Source: a virus
DNA length: 64,000 nucleotides
Virus record (IMG/VR): IMGVR_UViG_3300030685_000017
Location: 1-64,000 of that record
Strand: one strand, 5' to 3'
Positions 9,585-20,553 of the stretch are shown here, piece after piece. Within the stretch, counting starts at the first letter, position 1, and every line of letters begins with the position of its first letter. The notes beneath the pieces are model-generated. The model was not told the origin of the DNA. It worked only from the letters and a program-made list of their open reading frames with translations, and did not search any database. Made by a program: the position numbers and the translations under genes.

Positions 9585-11291
9585 TTATTTAGATTTTTCA
9601 AACAATCCACTATAAGAAGCTCTTTTTGTATTTTCTTTAGCTACAGAAAAACCAATTTTATTGGATTTCTTTTTACTTTCTGCTGAAAACACCACATCTA
9701 CTTTATGTGTTTTACTAAAATTACCAAGAATAGCATCAGCTTCTTTAGTAAGCGCTTCAATAGAGTAATTTTCTTTACTTTCTTTTAATTCTTGAAATTC
9801 TTTTACATCTTTTAATTTAGAATAATCTTCTGAATTTAAAACAAGATCTTTTGATTCATTAAGAATTTTGGTTTCACTTGTTTCTTTATAATTTTTTAAT
9901 TCTTCATATGTAGTAGTCATATTATTAAGCTTTGCTTCTTCATCAGAGGTTAAGAAATTAACATATACTTCTTCACGATCCCCCGTAAGATTAAAAGTAT
10001 CATTTCCGCTATCTACATAAGACTGACGATAAAAACGACCATTCCAAAAATCACTCATAACTAGATAACCATCATATACTGTTACACAATAATAAGTATT
10101 ATCACTTTCGCTATAAGTCATATTAACTAAATCTTCCAAAGCACTTATTGTATCATTTAAAGAAATATCAAAATCTTTTGTAATACCTTCTGAATTAGTA
10201 ATAGAATACTTTTTCTTTTTGCTAGTACCCTCTGAACCACCAGAACCGCCACCGCATCCTTCTGTTACTACCGTTTCTGTTTCTGTAACTATAGTATCAG
10301 TTGTAGGCTCTTCTATTACAGCAGATGCATCTGCATTATCTTCTGCTTTAATTTCTGGTTCTACGTCAGTATCGATTTTTGTATCATCTGTATTTTCAAA
10401 TTTTTCTTTAAATAATTTTTCTAAGTCCTCATCAGATAAACCATCTGTTTCAAAAGTAATTTGTTCTTCTGTTACAGCATATTTTTCCATAAGTTCTTTA
10501 ATTGTCATTGATTTATTATTTCCTCCTTTCATCAAAGATTGATTTTTATTAAAACAAGAAATTAATAAATCTATTTTTTCTTGTAGTTCTTTAACATTAA
10601 ATGTTTGATTAACATCTTGAGTTGTATCTGCTGGAACTATATTACTACCTAGCATACCTTCTCCAATTGGATTTCCATTATCATCTTTTCCAAGAATCGT
10701 AACTCCTAAAAATATAAAATCATTTATAACCATCATTTTATTTTTAGCATCATAACTTAAATCGTTAATTGAAATTTCAACACTTACACTACATTTTTGT
10801 TCTCGTCTTAATATATCTGCCGCTTGTGTATAATCTTCATAGATAATTCCATTAATTACTACAAAATTTTTTTGATATTCATCACTAAATACAAGTTTTG
10901 CATCACAACTTTCAGGAATTACACCAACAGGTATTTCATCATAAACTACATTACCATTTTCGTCTTCATGTATATTATGCGAATAAAATTCTGGTTGACC
11001 ATTTACATCATGGATAAATCCAAGAATAGGACGATTTTTTAAAGAAGGGAGAGCATTGGTCATAATATCAGTATTAATAAAGGATTGATTTCTATTTAAC
11101 CCATCATGACAAGCTTCTAATACTACAGGCATTAATCCTTCTGTCATATTATCTACTTCAAATTTTACTTTTCCGGGAATAGAAACAATAATACTGGAAT
11201 ATTCATCTATAGCAGAAAATTTCACATCTTTATTTTTAGAAGTATAAAAATTATATAATGCTTCTAATGACATTAATTTGTGTTTTTCCAT
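9585..11291 (-). CDS. prohead protease / scaffold fusion
   Basis: N-terminal HDGLNRNQS and SVSVEI (HK97-type protease-like) motifs, then an acidic coiled-coil scaffold region. Confidence 0.75.
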   Translation of the reverse strand: MEKHKLMSLEALYNFYTSKNKDVKFSAIDEYSSIIVSIPGKVKFEVDNMTEGLMPVVLEACHDGLNRNQSFINTDIMTNALPSLKNRPILGFIHDVNGQPEFYSHNIHEDENGNVVYDEIPVGVIPESCDAKLVFSDEYQKNFVVINGIIYEDYTQAADILRREQKCSVSVEISINDLSYDAKNKMMVINDFIFLGVTILGKDDNGNPIGEGMLGSNIVPADTTQDVNQTFNVKELQEKIDLLISCFNKNQSLMKGGNNKSMTIKELMEKYAVTEEQITFETDGLSDEDLEKLFKEKFENTDDTKIDTDVEPEIKAEDNADASAVIEEPTTDTIVTETETVVTEGCGGGSGGSEGTSKKKKYSITNSEGITKDFDISLNDTISALEDLVNMTYSESDNTYYCVTVYDGYLVMSDFWNGRFYRQSYVDSGNDTFNLTGDREEVYVNFLTSDEEAKLNNMTTTYEELKNYKETSETKILNESKDLVLNSEDYSKLKDVKEFQELKESKENYSIEALTKEADAILGNFSKTHKVDVVFSAESKKKSNKIGFSVAKENTKRASYSGLFEKSK

Positions 11292-11311
11292 TTTTCCTCC
11301 TTTCTCCCACT

Positions 11312-11500
11312 TTACAAAAACATTTTATTAGAAAAACTAACATCTTCCCCTTGACTAAACTGATACTTTATGCTAGAATTATTAATAAATTTATATCTAT
11401 TTTCTTCCATACCAATATATTCATAACCAGCTTCAATTAATTTATCTTTTACTTCTTTATCATAAGTTAAGATAAAAGTATCCTTTTTTGATTTAATCAT
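11312..11500 (-). CDS. hypothetical protein
   Basis: ATG at 11500 with a GAGGT RBS, between the portal and protease genes. Confidence 0.65.
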   Translation of the reverse strand: MIKSKKDTFILTYDKEVKDKLIEAGYEYIGMEENRYKFINNSSIKYQFSQGEDVSFSNKMFL

Positions 11501-11510
11501 TTTCTTTACC

Positions 11511-13049
11511 TCAATTGTTATTCTTGTTTTGATCTCTTGTCTTTGCACCCTCATCTGTAAGCTTTGTAGTATCTATTGTCGGTGCACCACCAGAGGTGCT
11601 AGTACCACTTTGAGTATTAGATGATTGTAATGGTATAAATTCAGAAGACAAATTCAAACAATTTTCTTCCAAGAAATTAAGACTAAGCGTTTCTAATTCT
11701 GTATAACCATTCAATGTATTTAAAGTTAATTTAACAGGTATTCCATACATTGCATCTTTTTGCAAATCTGCTTTATAAGTAGCCTTATCATATGGAGTAA
11801 CTGCGAGTAATTTAATTCTAGCTGGTTTTGCTACATTATAAGCTATCCAACGATTTAACCAACTTTCAATTTGTGGTCTAATGATAGAGGTAGCGTATAA
11901 AATATCACTAACTATAGCTCCATTCCATGCAGTTCCACCACTAATTGTAGATGAGTTTAATACTTGTGCACCACCAGAAGAGTTATATAAAGTCTTAGTG
12001 GCGTTTTCAATAATATTAATATCAGATGCTTGATCATCTTTAAATGCTATTGCATTTACATCTACAGGAGATAAAATTGCATTTACATATTCTGGTAAAG
12101 CTTCTACAGCTCTATTAAAATACGCTATAGCAGTATCAGGATCTACAGTAAAATCATCCGCATCAGTTGCATCGGTTCTAGTATCCAAACTAAATACCAA
12201 AGTCTTATAAACAGACGCTTCATCTTTTGTAGCCTGTAAATCTTCTGTATCGCATAAATTTATGATAGAATTAAATAATGCCGTATATGGCGGCATTGGC
12301 ATTGTTGGATCATCTATATTTACTTTTATACAAAAACAATTTTCATCAGGCATTGATTGATATTTCATAGTCTGATCTTTTTGATAAGCACTATACATTG
12401 ATACAAATGGATCTCCATAAAATTGTAATTGCTCTTGTCTATTTGTAAAATAACTCATATCCATAGAAAAACTTAATGTACCATCAGTATACATTCCTGT
12501 TACCTTACAATAATTATAAGGCAATGGTAAAATAAATAGACCAGTATCATCATAATAAATACATCCATATGCAGTATCTTCTCTCCAAGCAATAAGATTC
12601 ATTTTTAGAATTTCTGACTGTAAATTAATACTATCAAGAACCCTTGCTGTATTATAAAATTGCTTTAAAGAAGATTGTGTATCATTTGTTTTTGTTAAAT
12701 TTATTAAAGGTATAATACTTCTAAAGTCTGGATTTATCATAGAAGCATTATACCAAATAATTTTTCTATAAGGATTACTTCTTGTGTATAAATATCTACT
12801 TAATTCTACTAATTTTAAATAATAACTAGCAGGATTCTTTAAATAAGTTCTTAAAGTCTCTCTACTAAAAGTAGTGTAAGTACGTGTCTCTGATTTAGAA
12901 GGATTAATTAATTGTAATGTATCTTTTATCTTTTGCGCATAACTACGTATTTCTTCTGCTGAATGAGTTTGAATTACTTCTTTTTTTACAGACGGTCTAC
13001 GTCCGCGTTTAGTAACAGTTCCATTACTTTCTGTCAACTTAACAGGCAT
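11511..13049 (-). CDS. portal protein
   Basis: 512 aa directly downstream of terL; low-complexity C-terminal tail typical of SPbeta-like portals. Confidence 0.8.
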   Translation of the reverse strand: MPVKLTESNGTVTKRGRRPSVKKEVIQTHSAEEIRSYAQKIKDTLQLINPSKSETRTYTTFSRETLRTYLKNPASYYLKLVELSRYLYTRSNPYRKIIWYNASMINPDFRSIIPLINLTKTNDTQSSLKQFYNTARVLDSINLQSEILKMNLIAWREDTAYGCIYYDDTGLFILPLPYNYCKVTGMYTDGTLSFSMDMSYFTNRQEQLQFYGDPFVSMYSAYQKDQTMKYQSMPDENCFCIKVNIDDPTMPMPPYTALFNSIINLCDTEDLQATKDEASVYKTLVFSLDTRTDATDADDFTVDPDTAIAYFNRAVEALPEYVNAILSPVDVNAIAFKDDQASDINIIENATKTLYNSSGGAQVLNSSTISGGTAWNGAIVSDILYATSIIRPQIESWLNRWIAYNVAKPARIKLLAVTPYDKATYKADLQKDAMYGIPVKLTLNTLNGYTELETLSLNFLEENCLNLSSEFIPLQSSNTQSGTSTSGGAPTIDTTKLTDEGAKTRDQNKNNN

Positions 13050-13066
13050 TTATTCTCCTTTCTTTC

Positions 13067-14881
13067 TCAGTCGAACATTTTATATCTTTTTACGGTTCTT
13101 ATCGGTAAAGTATTTCCTAAAATTATTTTTTCTATTTCAGATTTTTCTGGTTTTAATAAACGCTCCAATTGACATTGCACGTAATAGTTGTAAGACATAC
13201 TTGAATATCTATCTTTACGAGTTCCAGATCTTTCAAAAACTCTTACTGTATTACCTGTCGCTTCGTATTCCAAATTAAGTAATTCATTAATAGAAGCTGT
13301 GGTATGAATATAAGATGCTTTTAAATTTACTTGATCTACTGGATTCATTTTTATATAATTTTTAACAGAAGTCTTTAATATTTCATCTGCTTCAAATTCA
13401 GACACTAATAGATTAACTTTATTAAGCTGAAATCCGTTTCTTAAATTTTTAGCTGCGTCACTATTAAAAATAGGAGAACCAAGTATTCCCCAAATTACTT
13501 TATTAGCATTTTTTATTTTACATCTTGAAGCATAATCTTCAAGGGTAGCTCTGTTACTACCTGCGAGTCTTAATTGCTTATCACTGATAGTCATGGCTTT
13601 ATAAGTTACTCCAGTAGCGGGGTCAAATTGATCTCTTATAATAAAATCATATACACCCACTCCAAGACCCTTTATATCCACTGCTATATCTGTACAATTA
13701 TATTCATAAAATAATCTCATGACTCGTAGTCCTAATTCATCTGTAGTCATACCTTCATGACTTTCATAATATAAGAAATTTCCAGTATACGAAGTTTGAC
13801 TAGATTTTATTACATTATTAATCTGTAAGGATGCAGAGTCATTTGCTCTATTTTTAGAAGAAAGCAACGCTATATCTACTGATAAAATACGTCTTTCATT
13901 AGCTAATAATTTAGGTATTTTAAGATCTTTTATATTTTTATATATCTCTGGAGAAAAATAGCTATTCTTTAATTTACGACATTTAGAAACATCATTATAA
14001 TTAAAGAATGATCCGTCAGTATCTCCAAAAAATAAACATTCCAATTCCATTTGAAATTTTAAAGGATCAAAATCAGCTTCAGACATTTCATCTTCTATCT
14101 GACTTCTATCAAACATTTTTTCCTTAATGGAAAGTTGATAAGGTAATGCACAACAAAAATATTTTCTTGTATCATCAAGCATATTTACAAAATATGCCTT
14201 TAATTTATCATATGACCAATGACTTTGATACCAAGCCGAACTCATATAAATTTCTTTATTTCTTTCAAGTAAATCAGCATATTCCGGTTTAGAAATATAC
14301 CCCGGTCTTCTTGGTGCTGTAAGAAATCTACGAAGTACTGTATTAATAACATTAAGATCTACCATACGAAATTCATCAATAATAATAATATTCGCTCTTG
14401 CAGATCTAGCATTGTCAGAAGCAGTAACCACCTTTATATAAGAGCCATTTTTAAATTTACATTCGGCTTTATTTTGACCTATTGTAATAATTTTTATTTC
14501 AGAACGTAGATTTAAAGAACCCCATCCATAGTTTATCATAAAATCATCTTCAATTTTACTTAGTACTTCATTGGCTTGTGATCTACAACTTGATGCAATT
14601 ACAATTTTAGTCCCCGGAAATAATATACATCTAATAACACAAAATAAAGCAGTAAGCCAAGTTTTTCCAGATCCTCTTGCCGCAATATACATAAAATAAT
14701 TTTCATGCATCAAAGCATAAATTAAAATTTTTTGAAATAATGCGAGTTTAATATTTAAAAATTCTTTTACAAAACGTTGAGGATTTTCTCTATAAAAACT
14801 AGCGCGTCTTGCAATTGTAGTCATTACTCTTTTATATTTATCAAGATTTAATTCTTTTTCGCTCTTTTTTTGTTCTGCCAT
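13067..14881 (-). CDS. terL: terminase large subunit
   Basis: Walker A AARGSGKT, Walker B IIIDE, nuclease motifs LSVDIA and KDRYSS. Confidence 0.92.
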   Translation of the reverse strand: MAEQKKSEKELNLDKYKRVMTTIARRASFYRENPQRFVKEFLNIKLALFQKILIYALMHENYFMYIAARGSGKTWLTALFCVIRCILFPGTKIVIASSCRSQANEVLSKIEDDFMINYGWGSLNLRSEIKIITIGQNKAECKFKNGSYIKVVTASDNARSARANIIIIDEFRMVDLNVINTVLRRFLTAPRRPGYISKPEYADLLERNKEIYMSSAWYQSHWSYDKLKAYFVNMLDDTRKYFCCALPYQLSIKEKMFDRSQIEDEMSEADFDPLKFQMELECLFFGDTDGSFFNYNDVSKCRKLKNSYFSPEIYKNIKDLKIPKLLANERRILSVDIALLSSKNRANDSASLQINNVIKSSQTSYTGNFLYYESHEGMTTDELGLRVMRLFYEYNCTDIAVDIKGLGVGVYDFIIRDQFDPATGVTYKAMTISDKQLRLAGSNRATLEDYASRCKIKNANKVIWGILGSPIFNSDAAKNLRNGFQLNKVNLLVSEFEADEILKTSVKNYIKMNPVDQVNLKASYIHTTASINELLNLEYEATGNTVRVFERSGTRKDRYSSMSYNYYVQCQLERLLKPEKSEIEKIILGNTLPIRTVKRYKMFD

Positions 14882-14889
14882 AATATCAC

Positions 14890-16152
14890 CTATTCTTCAT
14901 CTTGGTCAGAACTTCCAAAAATATGATTAAATAAATCTTCTTGATCTGTTTCTTCATTATAATTTGGTTTTTCAACTGTATATTTTTTCATAACTCCATC
15001 ATATAAATTAGAAAAAGCATTTTTAAGTTTTAATACTTTTGCTAAATGACCCCTGAAAAATACATCTATATATAAACCAATTTTATCTATATCTTTAAAC
15101 TGTTCATCTACTTCTGGAATTGGTTCATTTTCTTCCCATTTTTGAATAAGCGTACCAAAAGTTTGTGCTTCTGAAATAGCATCATTTGAATTTTGTTTTG
15201 GTTGCAAATTTCCTGTAGACAATAAATTTTGATAAGTAGCGTCAAGATCTTTAGTACTTTCTGATCTACGAGTTGCTTGTAAAATTTCCCATTGTTTTAA
15301 ACATATTCTTTTAAATATTTCTTCTTGTGCTTTAGTTTTACATTCATGTCTTGAAACCCAATCATCATATTCATTCTGACAATAAATATATGCTTCATCA
15401 GGTAAACCAAAACCAAAGAACTTTTTACTTTTTTCAATTTTATCTACTATTTTATCTTTTAATTCAGTTTCATCTAAATATTCAAGACCACTTACAATAG
15501 TATATTCACCTTCTAAAATATTCTGAAAAGTTAATTTTTTAGAATTAATTGATAAAAATTCTCTATCACTATCATCAAATCCATAAATTCCATATGAAGG
15601 ACAGCATATTATTATTACATATGCATCCCAAATTGATTTATGTCTAGTATTTTTATCATTATAGGAATTAATAGCATCAACTATTTTATTTTTATATAAA
15701 ACAAAATCTGCTTTTTTTGCGGCAGAAAGAAAAGTTTCAAAAGTTTCTTTACTAGTACCGTCAGATGGATTATACCCATTTGCTATTTTATTTAAACAAG
15801 TACTACATATTGGTATTAGACCAGTAGCAGTTTTACTACTAGATAAAAATTCTGATCTAACCGTCATTCTGCCACAATTGTGACACATATATTTTTTCTT
15901 GTAAAGTTCAAATTCATTAAATAATTTATTATATTCATTTCTTACTTTTAAAGCTGTCATTTGTGATGTTTTATCAATCAGACCATCTTTATCTTCTATT
16001 GGTATACCACAAATTTTTTGAGCAAGAAGTTTTTTTGTTTCTTCTTCTTCAAATTTCTTTTTTTCACTAAGAGATTTTTTATCTTCTTTTATTATTTCCC
16101 GTTCTACAAAAGAAACAGCTCGTTCTAAAGCTATACCTTGATCCTTATTCAT
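14890..16152 (-). CDS. Zn-finger protein upstream of terL (terminase small subunit candidate)
   Basis: CHNC...CSTC motifs; occupies the slot immediately upstream of terL. Confidence 0.55.
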   Translation of the reverse strand: MNKDQGIALERAVSFVEREIIKEDKKSLSEKKKFEEEETKKLLAQKICGIPIEDKDGLIDKTSQMTALKVRNEYNKLFNEFELYKKKYMCHNCGRMTVRSEFLSSSKTATGLIPICSTCLNKIANGYNPSDGTSKETFETFLSAAKKADFVLYKNKIVDAINSYNDKNTRHKSIWDAYVIIICCPSYGIYGFDDSDREFLSINSKKLTFQNILEGEYTIVSGLEYLDETELKDKIVDKIEKSKKFFGFGLPDEAYIYCQNEYDDWVSRHECKTKAQEEIFKRICLKQWEILQATRRSESTKDLDATYQNLLSTGNLQPKQNSNDAISEAQTFGTLIQKWEENEPIPEVDEQFKDIDKIGLYIDVFFRGHLAKVLKLKNAFSNLYDGVMKKYTVEKPNYNEETDQEDLFNHIFGSSDQDEE

Positions 16153-16189
16153 CGTTTTATTTCTCCTTTTATTTCTTATATATAAAATT

Positions 16190-16217
16190 TACTGGGAATA
16201 AATTAATATTCCCAGTA
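16190..16217 (-). terminator. hairpin/terminator
   Basis: TACTGGGAATA/TATTCCCAGTA inverted repeat. Confidence 0.55.
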
Positions 16218-16289
16218 ATATATTTTTATTAATTTATTATGAGCTGTAAGTATCACTGTTATACTTTGTGTAGATAAAACAAATATTAA

Positions 16290-18749
16290 TTAGGCAGTAC
16301 GTTTCCACATATAAACTGTAATATATGGTTGTATAATAGAATGATATCCATTTCCACCTTCATAACTAGTATAATCTGTACCTGTTGTTTCATCAGCCGC
16401 ATTATTTCCACCAGAACCACACGATTGTGTATAACTATGATTTTGAAACGAATGTCTATGTTGTGGCATTTCTGCTATGGTCAGTTGATGCGTATATTCT
16501 CCACCAGTAGTTGTAGTTGAAAATGCTCTTTGAGTGCCATTTGTATCAGTTCCTGTACCAGCACCAATCAAAACCCTACCTGATCCATATTGTACCCATG
16601 TTCCAAATCCTAAGTATGTAGATGGATTAGCTGAATTTTCAGTAATTTCTATATGTCCAACAGGATACATTAAATTTGCAACTTGTGTCATAAGACTTAC
16701 TGCATTTACAGCAGAAGATCCAATTTGTCTAATTATTGCCTTACTACCATTATTTGAACGAAATGTTGATGTACAATAACTAAGTATTATTCTTAATTTT
16801 ACAGTTTGATTAGTTGTCGGAGTATAAATAGCATGTATTTCGATATTATCACATTCAGGAACAGTTCTAGTAGATGGAACCAATATACCAACACTTTGAA
16901 AATTTGGTAACAATGATACATTTGTTGTTGCATCTACCCAATCTATTGTATTAAATCCTCCAGTAGCATCTGAATAACTTGTAAAGGCTGGTTCTCCTAT
17001 AAGTTCATAAGTTTTTCCTGCCGATAAAGTAGCAACACCAGTTGTTGTATTATAAGGAATATTACCAGATACAATAGAATTAAATATTAAATCACTATTT
17101 TGTCCCATTCCTGTTACATCTGATGTAATTCTTGCCACATTAAGATAATCCATAGTATTTATTACAGGTGCAGACTGAGATAATACACTTATTTTTATCC
17201 TAGACATTCCTGCCCCATAAATTGTATTTGTTCCGACAATAGTTGTGATTCTTAATTTTACTATGGTATCAACTGTCGTGGTTATAATATGAGATGTACA
17301 ATTTAAAGTACCACAATTATATGTATAGGTAGTAGGTCTTAATACCGTTTGTGCCCCAAGTATAACATTAGATACATCTGCCCAATTAATTCTTATTTCT
17401 CCATTTGCGGCACCAAAATCAGCCATAAAATAGGCTTCTAATAAATATGTTTTTCCTGCTTTTAAGGTAAAATTATTATCAGATAATGATATATCTGAAC
17501 CCGCAAAATTTAATGTTATTGGTGTTATATCTGAAATTGTGGATACAGTTCCTTGAGTTGGCGCTCCATAATAATAACTAGCTTGTGTAAAAACAGTTGT
17601 TCTGTTATCTGCTACAATTATATCATTATATCCATCAGAACGAATAACAACAGATTCACCTTTATTACATAAATAAACAGGATTTGTTGAACCTTCTAAT
17701 AATTCACTTCCGTAAGGTTTTATACAAACTACATTAGATGAATTGTCAACTTTTTTTATTTCTATTAATTTTCCAGTATTACCAGATGCAGTTAATAAAG
17801 TAATGGTTCTAGTAGAAGAAGAACTATCTACTTCTAATGTTGTAAACCACGCATTAGGAGAACCGTCAACATTTAATGTCTGAATAGTATTTATACCACT
17901 ACCAGAACTCCCTAAAGATTCCCAATAAGCAGATTCCGTTGAACCAAAAGTTGTTCCTGTAGTTCTAGCTGATAATGAACGAATAAATTGTCCGATTAAA
18001 AATGATCCATAACTGGTAGTACATTTTCTTACTTCTCCAAGTCTTACAACTGTACTTGCAGACCAATCTAAAACTGTTGAACTATCTGCTATATTTAATT
18101 TATTATTTAAAGCCGTTTGTGTTGCAGTAGAAATTGGCTTATTTGCATCAGAAGTATTATTAACCTGATCAAGACCAATATCTGTTTTAGCTAAAGTTAC
18201 AACACCAGTTTTACCATTTACAGACACAACCTGACTTGATACATTTCCCATTGAAAGCCAATTTGCAGAAATAGAAGGATCTAAATTAGCATTTATCCCA
18301 TAAGCATTTTTAGTATCTGCTTCTATGGCTACCATAAAATCTGAACATAAAGCAAGTGCCAATCTAGCCGCAGTATTTGTAACACCTAAAATTTTAGCAC
18401 CATTTATTGTTAAATATGTTAAATCTACTTTCCCATTTGCATTTAAAGGAACAACGCCATTTGAAGCACCTTTTTGAGATAATGGTATTTGAGCATCATT
18501 CGTAACATTACCCAATCCTATATCAGAAGAAGTAGGCATATGTGATAATTTACCACTTACATTAAGTGTCTCAACTCCATTAGCAATTCCCATTTCTGTA
18601 CGTTTTACTTGTGAATCATTCGTTACATTAGATAAATTAACATCATCTTTTGTTAAACTTACAACTCCGAATCTACCATTTACAGAAGATACCTCAGTTA
18701 TACCAGCATTCATAAGTGATAACGCTCTTGCAATCATATCTATTGCCAT
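16290..18749 (-). CDS. fibre-like virion protein with a gp10/gp12-type C-terminal domain
   Basis: Repeats VxSVNGxxGVV and DIGLxNVxN; C-terminal YPVG...GTW...GRVLIG...HQLTIAEMPQHRH...QPYITVYMWKRTA. Confidence 0.75.
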   Translation of the reverse strand: MAIDMIARALSLMNAGITEVSSVNGRFGVVSLTKDDVNLSNVTNDSQVKRTEMGIANGVETLNVSGKLSHMPTSSDIGLGNVTNDAQIPLSQKGASNGVVPLNANGKVDLTYLTINGAKILGVTNTAARLALALCSDFMVAIEADTKNAYGINANLDPSISANWLSMGNVSSQVVSVNGKTGVVTLAKTDIGLDQVNNTSDANKPISTATQTALNNKLNIADSSTVLDWSASTVVRLGEVRKCTTSYGSFLIGQFIRSLSARTTGTTFGSTESAYWESLGSSGSGINTIQTLNVDGSPNAWFTTLEVDSSSSTRTITLLTASGNTGKLIEIKKVDNSSNVVCIKPYGSELLEGSTNPVYLCNKGESVVIRSDGYNDIIVADNRTTVFTQASYYYGAPTQGTVSTISDITPITLNFAGSDISLSDNNFTLKAGKTYLLEAYFMADFGAANGEIRINWADVSNVILGAQTVLRPTTYTYNCGTLNCTSHIITTTVDTIVKLRITTIVGTNTIYGAGMSRIKISVLSQSAPVINTMDYLNVARITSDVTGMGQNSDLIFNSIVSGNIPYNTTTGVATLSAGKTYELIGEPAFTSYSDATGGFNTIDWVDATTNVSLLPNFQSVGILVPSTRTVPECDNIEIHAIYTPTTNQTVKLRIILSYCTSTFRSNNGSKAIIRQIGSSAVNAVSLMTQVANLMYPVGHIEITENSANPSTYLGFGTWVQYGSGRVLIGAGTGTDTNGTQRAFSTTTTGGEYTHQLTIAEMPQHRHSFQNHSYTQSCGSGGNNAADETTGTDYTSYEGGNGYHSIIQPYITVYMWKRTA

Positions 18750-18751
18750 AA

Positions 18752-19087
18752 TTATTCACCTATTGCTCTTCCATAAACAAATACAGGATCTCCACTGGTA
18801 TCGGTAATATTTACTCTTATTTTATTAAGACCCGCTACTGGAAAATTATAAAAATAATTTGTATCATTTGTAGAAGTTACTATCGAATATGGAATAGATT
18901 CTTTTATAACAGGAATAGATTTATAATTGTTTAAATCTGCTTCACCTTCGAAATTTACAGTAACAGTACCAACAGTTGCGATTTCTATTCTTACACCCTC
19001 CTCATATGATGATACATTAATTTCATTTCCATAACCAGTTGTCGTAGTACCATCGTGGAATTTTATAATTCTTTGAAAGATTGGCAT
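18752..19087 (-). CDS. hypothetical beta-rich virion-associated protein
   Basis: ATG at 19087 with an AAGGAG RBS, directly before the fibre gene. Confidence 0.65.
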   Translation of the reverse strand: MPIFQRIIKFHDGTTTTGYGNEINVSSYEEGVRIEIATVGTVTVNFEGEADLNNYKSIPVIKESIPYSIVTSTNDTNYFYNFPVAGLNKIRVNITDTSGDPVFVYGRAIGE

Positions 19088-19156
19088 GACTAACTCCTTT
19101 CTATGCATAGCATATGAGATTTTTAATAATATAATAAGTTGTCATACTTATTATAG

Positions 19157-19229
19157 AGCCACAGGAAGGAGTCGAACCCTCGACCTTCTCCTTACAAGGG
19201 AGTCGTTCTTCCAACTGAACTACTGTGGC
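19157..19229 (-). tRNA. tRNA-Thr(TGT)
   Basis: Cloverleaf on the minus strand: GCCACAG acceptor stem, anticodon loop CT-TGT-AA, GGTTCGACTCC T arm. Confidence 0.9.
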
Positions 19230-19299
19230 ACAATACCCCTAAAGAATGTTAATCTATCTCTAGGGGTTAAACTCATAATTAAATATGAGTACTTTTTAT

Positions 19300-20352
19300 T
19301 TAATTTAAACAAACTAATTTAGTTTTATCTTTAATAATATTTCCATTTTTATCTTGACAGATATATATAAATCCTTCTTTTTGAGAATTTACAAGCGCTC
19401 CATCTGAATAATTAATGGCTTTTACATCACAGACACAACCTTGTTCATAAATAGTTGTATTACCAATTACATATTCTCCAACTCTATGAGTGTGTGCCAT
19501 AATTAAAGATGTAAAATTGTATCCCTCATTTCTAAAATATAACATTGCTTTTTCAGAAGTTTTTAATATTCCACTAGAAAAAGCAAGAGGGTGACAAAAA
19601 ATAGTTTGTCCAATCTGTGAAAACCAATTATCTGTATATTCAATTTCAACATCATCAATTACTTCAATAAGTGGTTTATATTCAATCTTTGTTCTCTCTA
19701 ATTTGTTATAATGTTTAAATCCATCAACAAAAATTAATTCTAAAGAAGTCTTTGGCATTAATTCAAGTAAATCTGTATCTAAATTCTTAGCAAAATAACT
19801 TTGAAATCTTAAATCATGATTTCCATAATTGATAGATACTTTTTTAGGTTTAATTAATTCTATTAAAGCAAGAATATATTGTCTTGTTTCAATTAATTCT
19901 TCCATTGGACTAACTCTATAAGTTTTCGGAAATTTAGAAATTGCTTGACAATCTGATAAATCTCCATTTAATTGTAATATGTCTACGCACCCAACATAAT
20001 CTTTAAAAGTCTCAACAGGTAATTGAAAAGGTATATGAAAATCACTAATACTCAAAATTCTTTTATAAATACCACTTTCATCTTTAGTACGTTCATAAAT
20101 ACGTCCCATATTAAATGACTTATAATGTTTTCTATAAGTGCTTTCTCCAAAATCATTACCAGTTTCATAATTTAATAATTTGGATATATCCACAGTATTA
20201 ATACCATATAGATTTTTATTTTCAAAAAGTCTCACAAAATAATCGGTATAATCTTCATTCTTTTGTCTTTTAATAACATCCTTAGTATTATCTAAAACAT
20301 TGAAATTTAATTCTTCTTTCGTTTCACTTTCACCATTTTTATAAATATCCAT
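19300..20352 (-). CDS. calcineurin-like metallophosphoesterase
   Basis: SDFH, NGD, GNHD and AHTH motifs. Confidence 0.85.
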   Translation of the reverse strand: MDIYKNGESETKEELNFNVLDNTKDVIKRQKNEDYTDYFVRLFENKNLYGINTVDISKLLNYETGNDFGESTYRKHYKSFNMGRIYERTKDESGIYKRILSISDFHIPFQLPVETFKDYVGCVDILQLNGDLSDCQAISKFPKTYRVSPMEELIETRQYILALIELIKPKKVSINYGNHDLRFQSYFAKNLDTDLLELMPKTSLELIFVDGFKHYNKLERTKIEYKPLIEVIDDVEIEYTDNWFSQIGQTIFCHPLAFSSGILKTSEKAMLYFRNEGYNFTSLIMAHTHRVGEYVIGNTTIYEQGCVCDVKAINYSDGALVNSQKEGFIYICQDKNGNIIKDKTKLVCLN

Positions 20353-20364
20353 ATGTCTCCGTTT

Positions 20365-20553
20365 CTATCCCTTAACGATAATCTGATTTTTATAATCTGT
20401 TAATACTCTGATCAATTTAGAACTTTCTGTTGCAAAGTATGTTGTCTTTTTACCCATACTTCTAGTTCTGTGTAAATCTGTCGTATATACAAAACCTTTA
20501 CCCTGCAAATATTCTTTTTCTCTTTTAGATATCTCTACCATACGCTTCTCCAT
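20365..20553 (-). CDS. hypothetical protein
   Basis: Short ORF overlapping the upstream gene. Confidence 0.6.
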   Translation of the reverse strand: MEKRMVEISKREKEYLQGKGFVYTTDLHRTRSMGKKTTYFATESSKLIRVLTDYKNQIIVKG

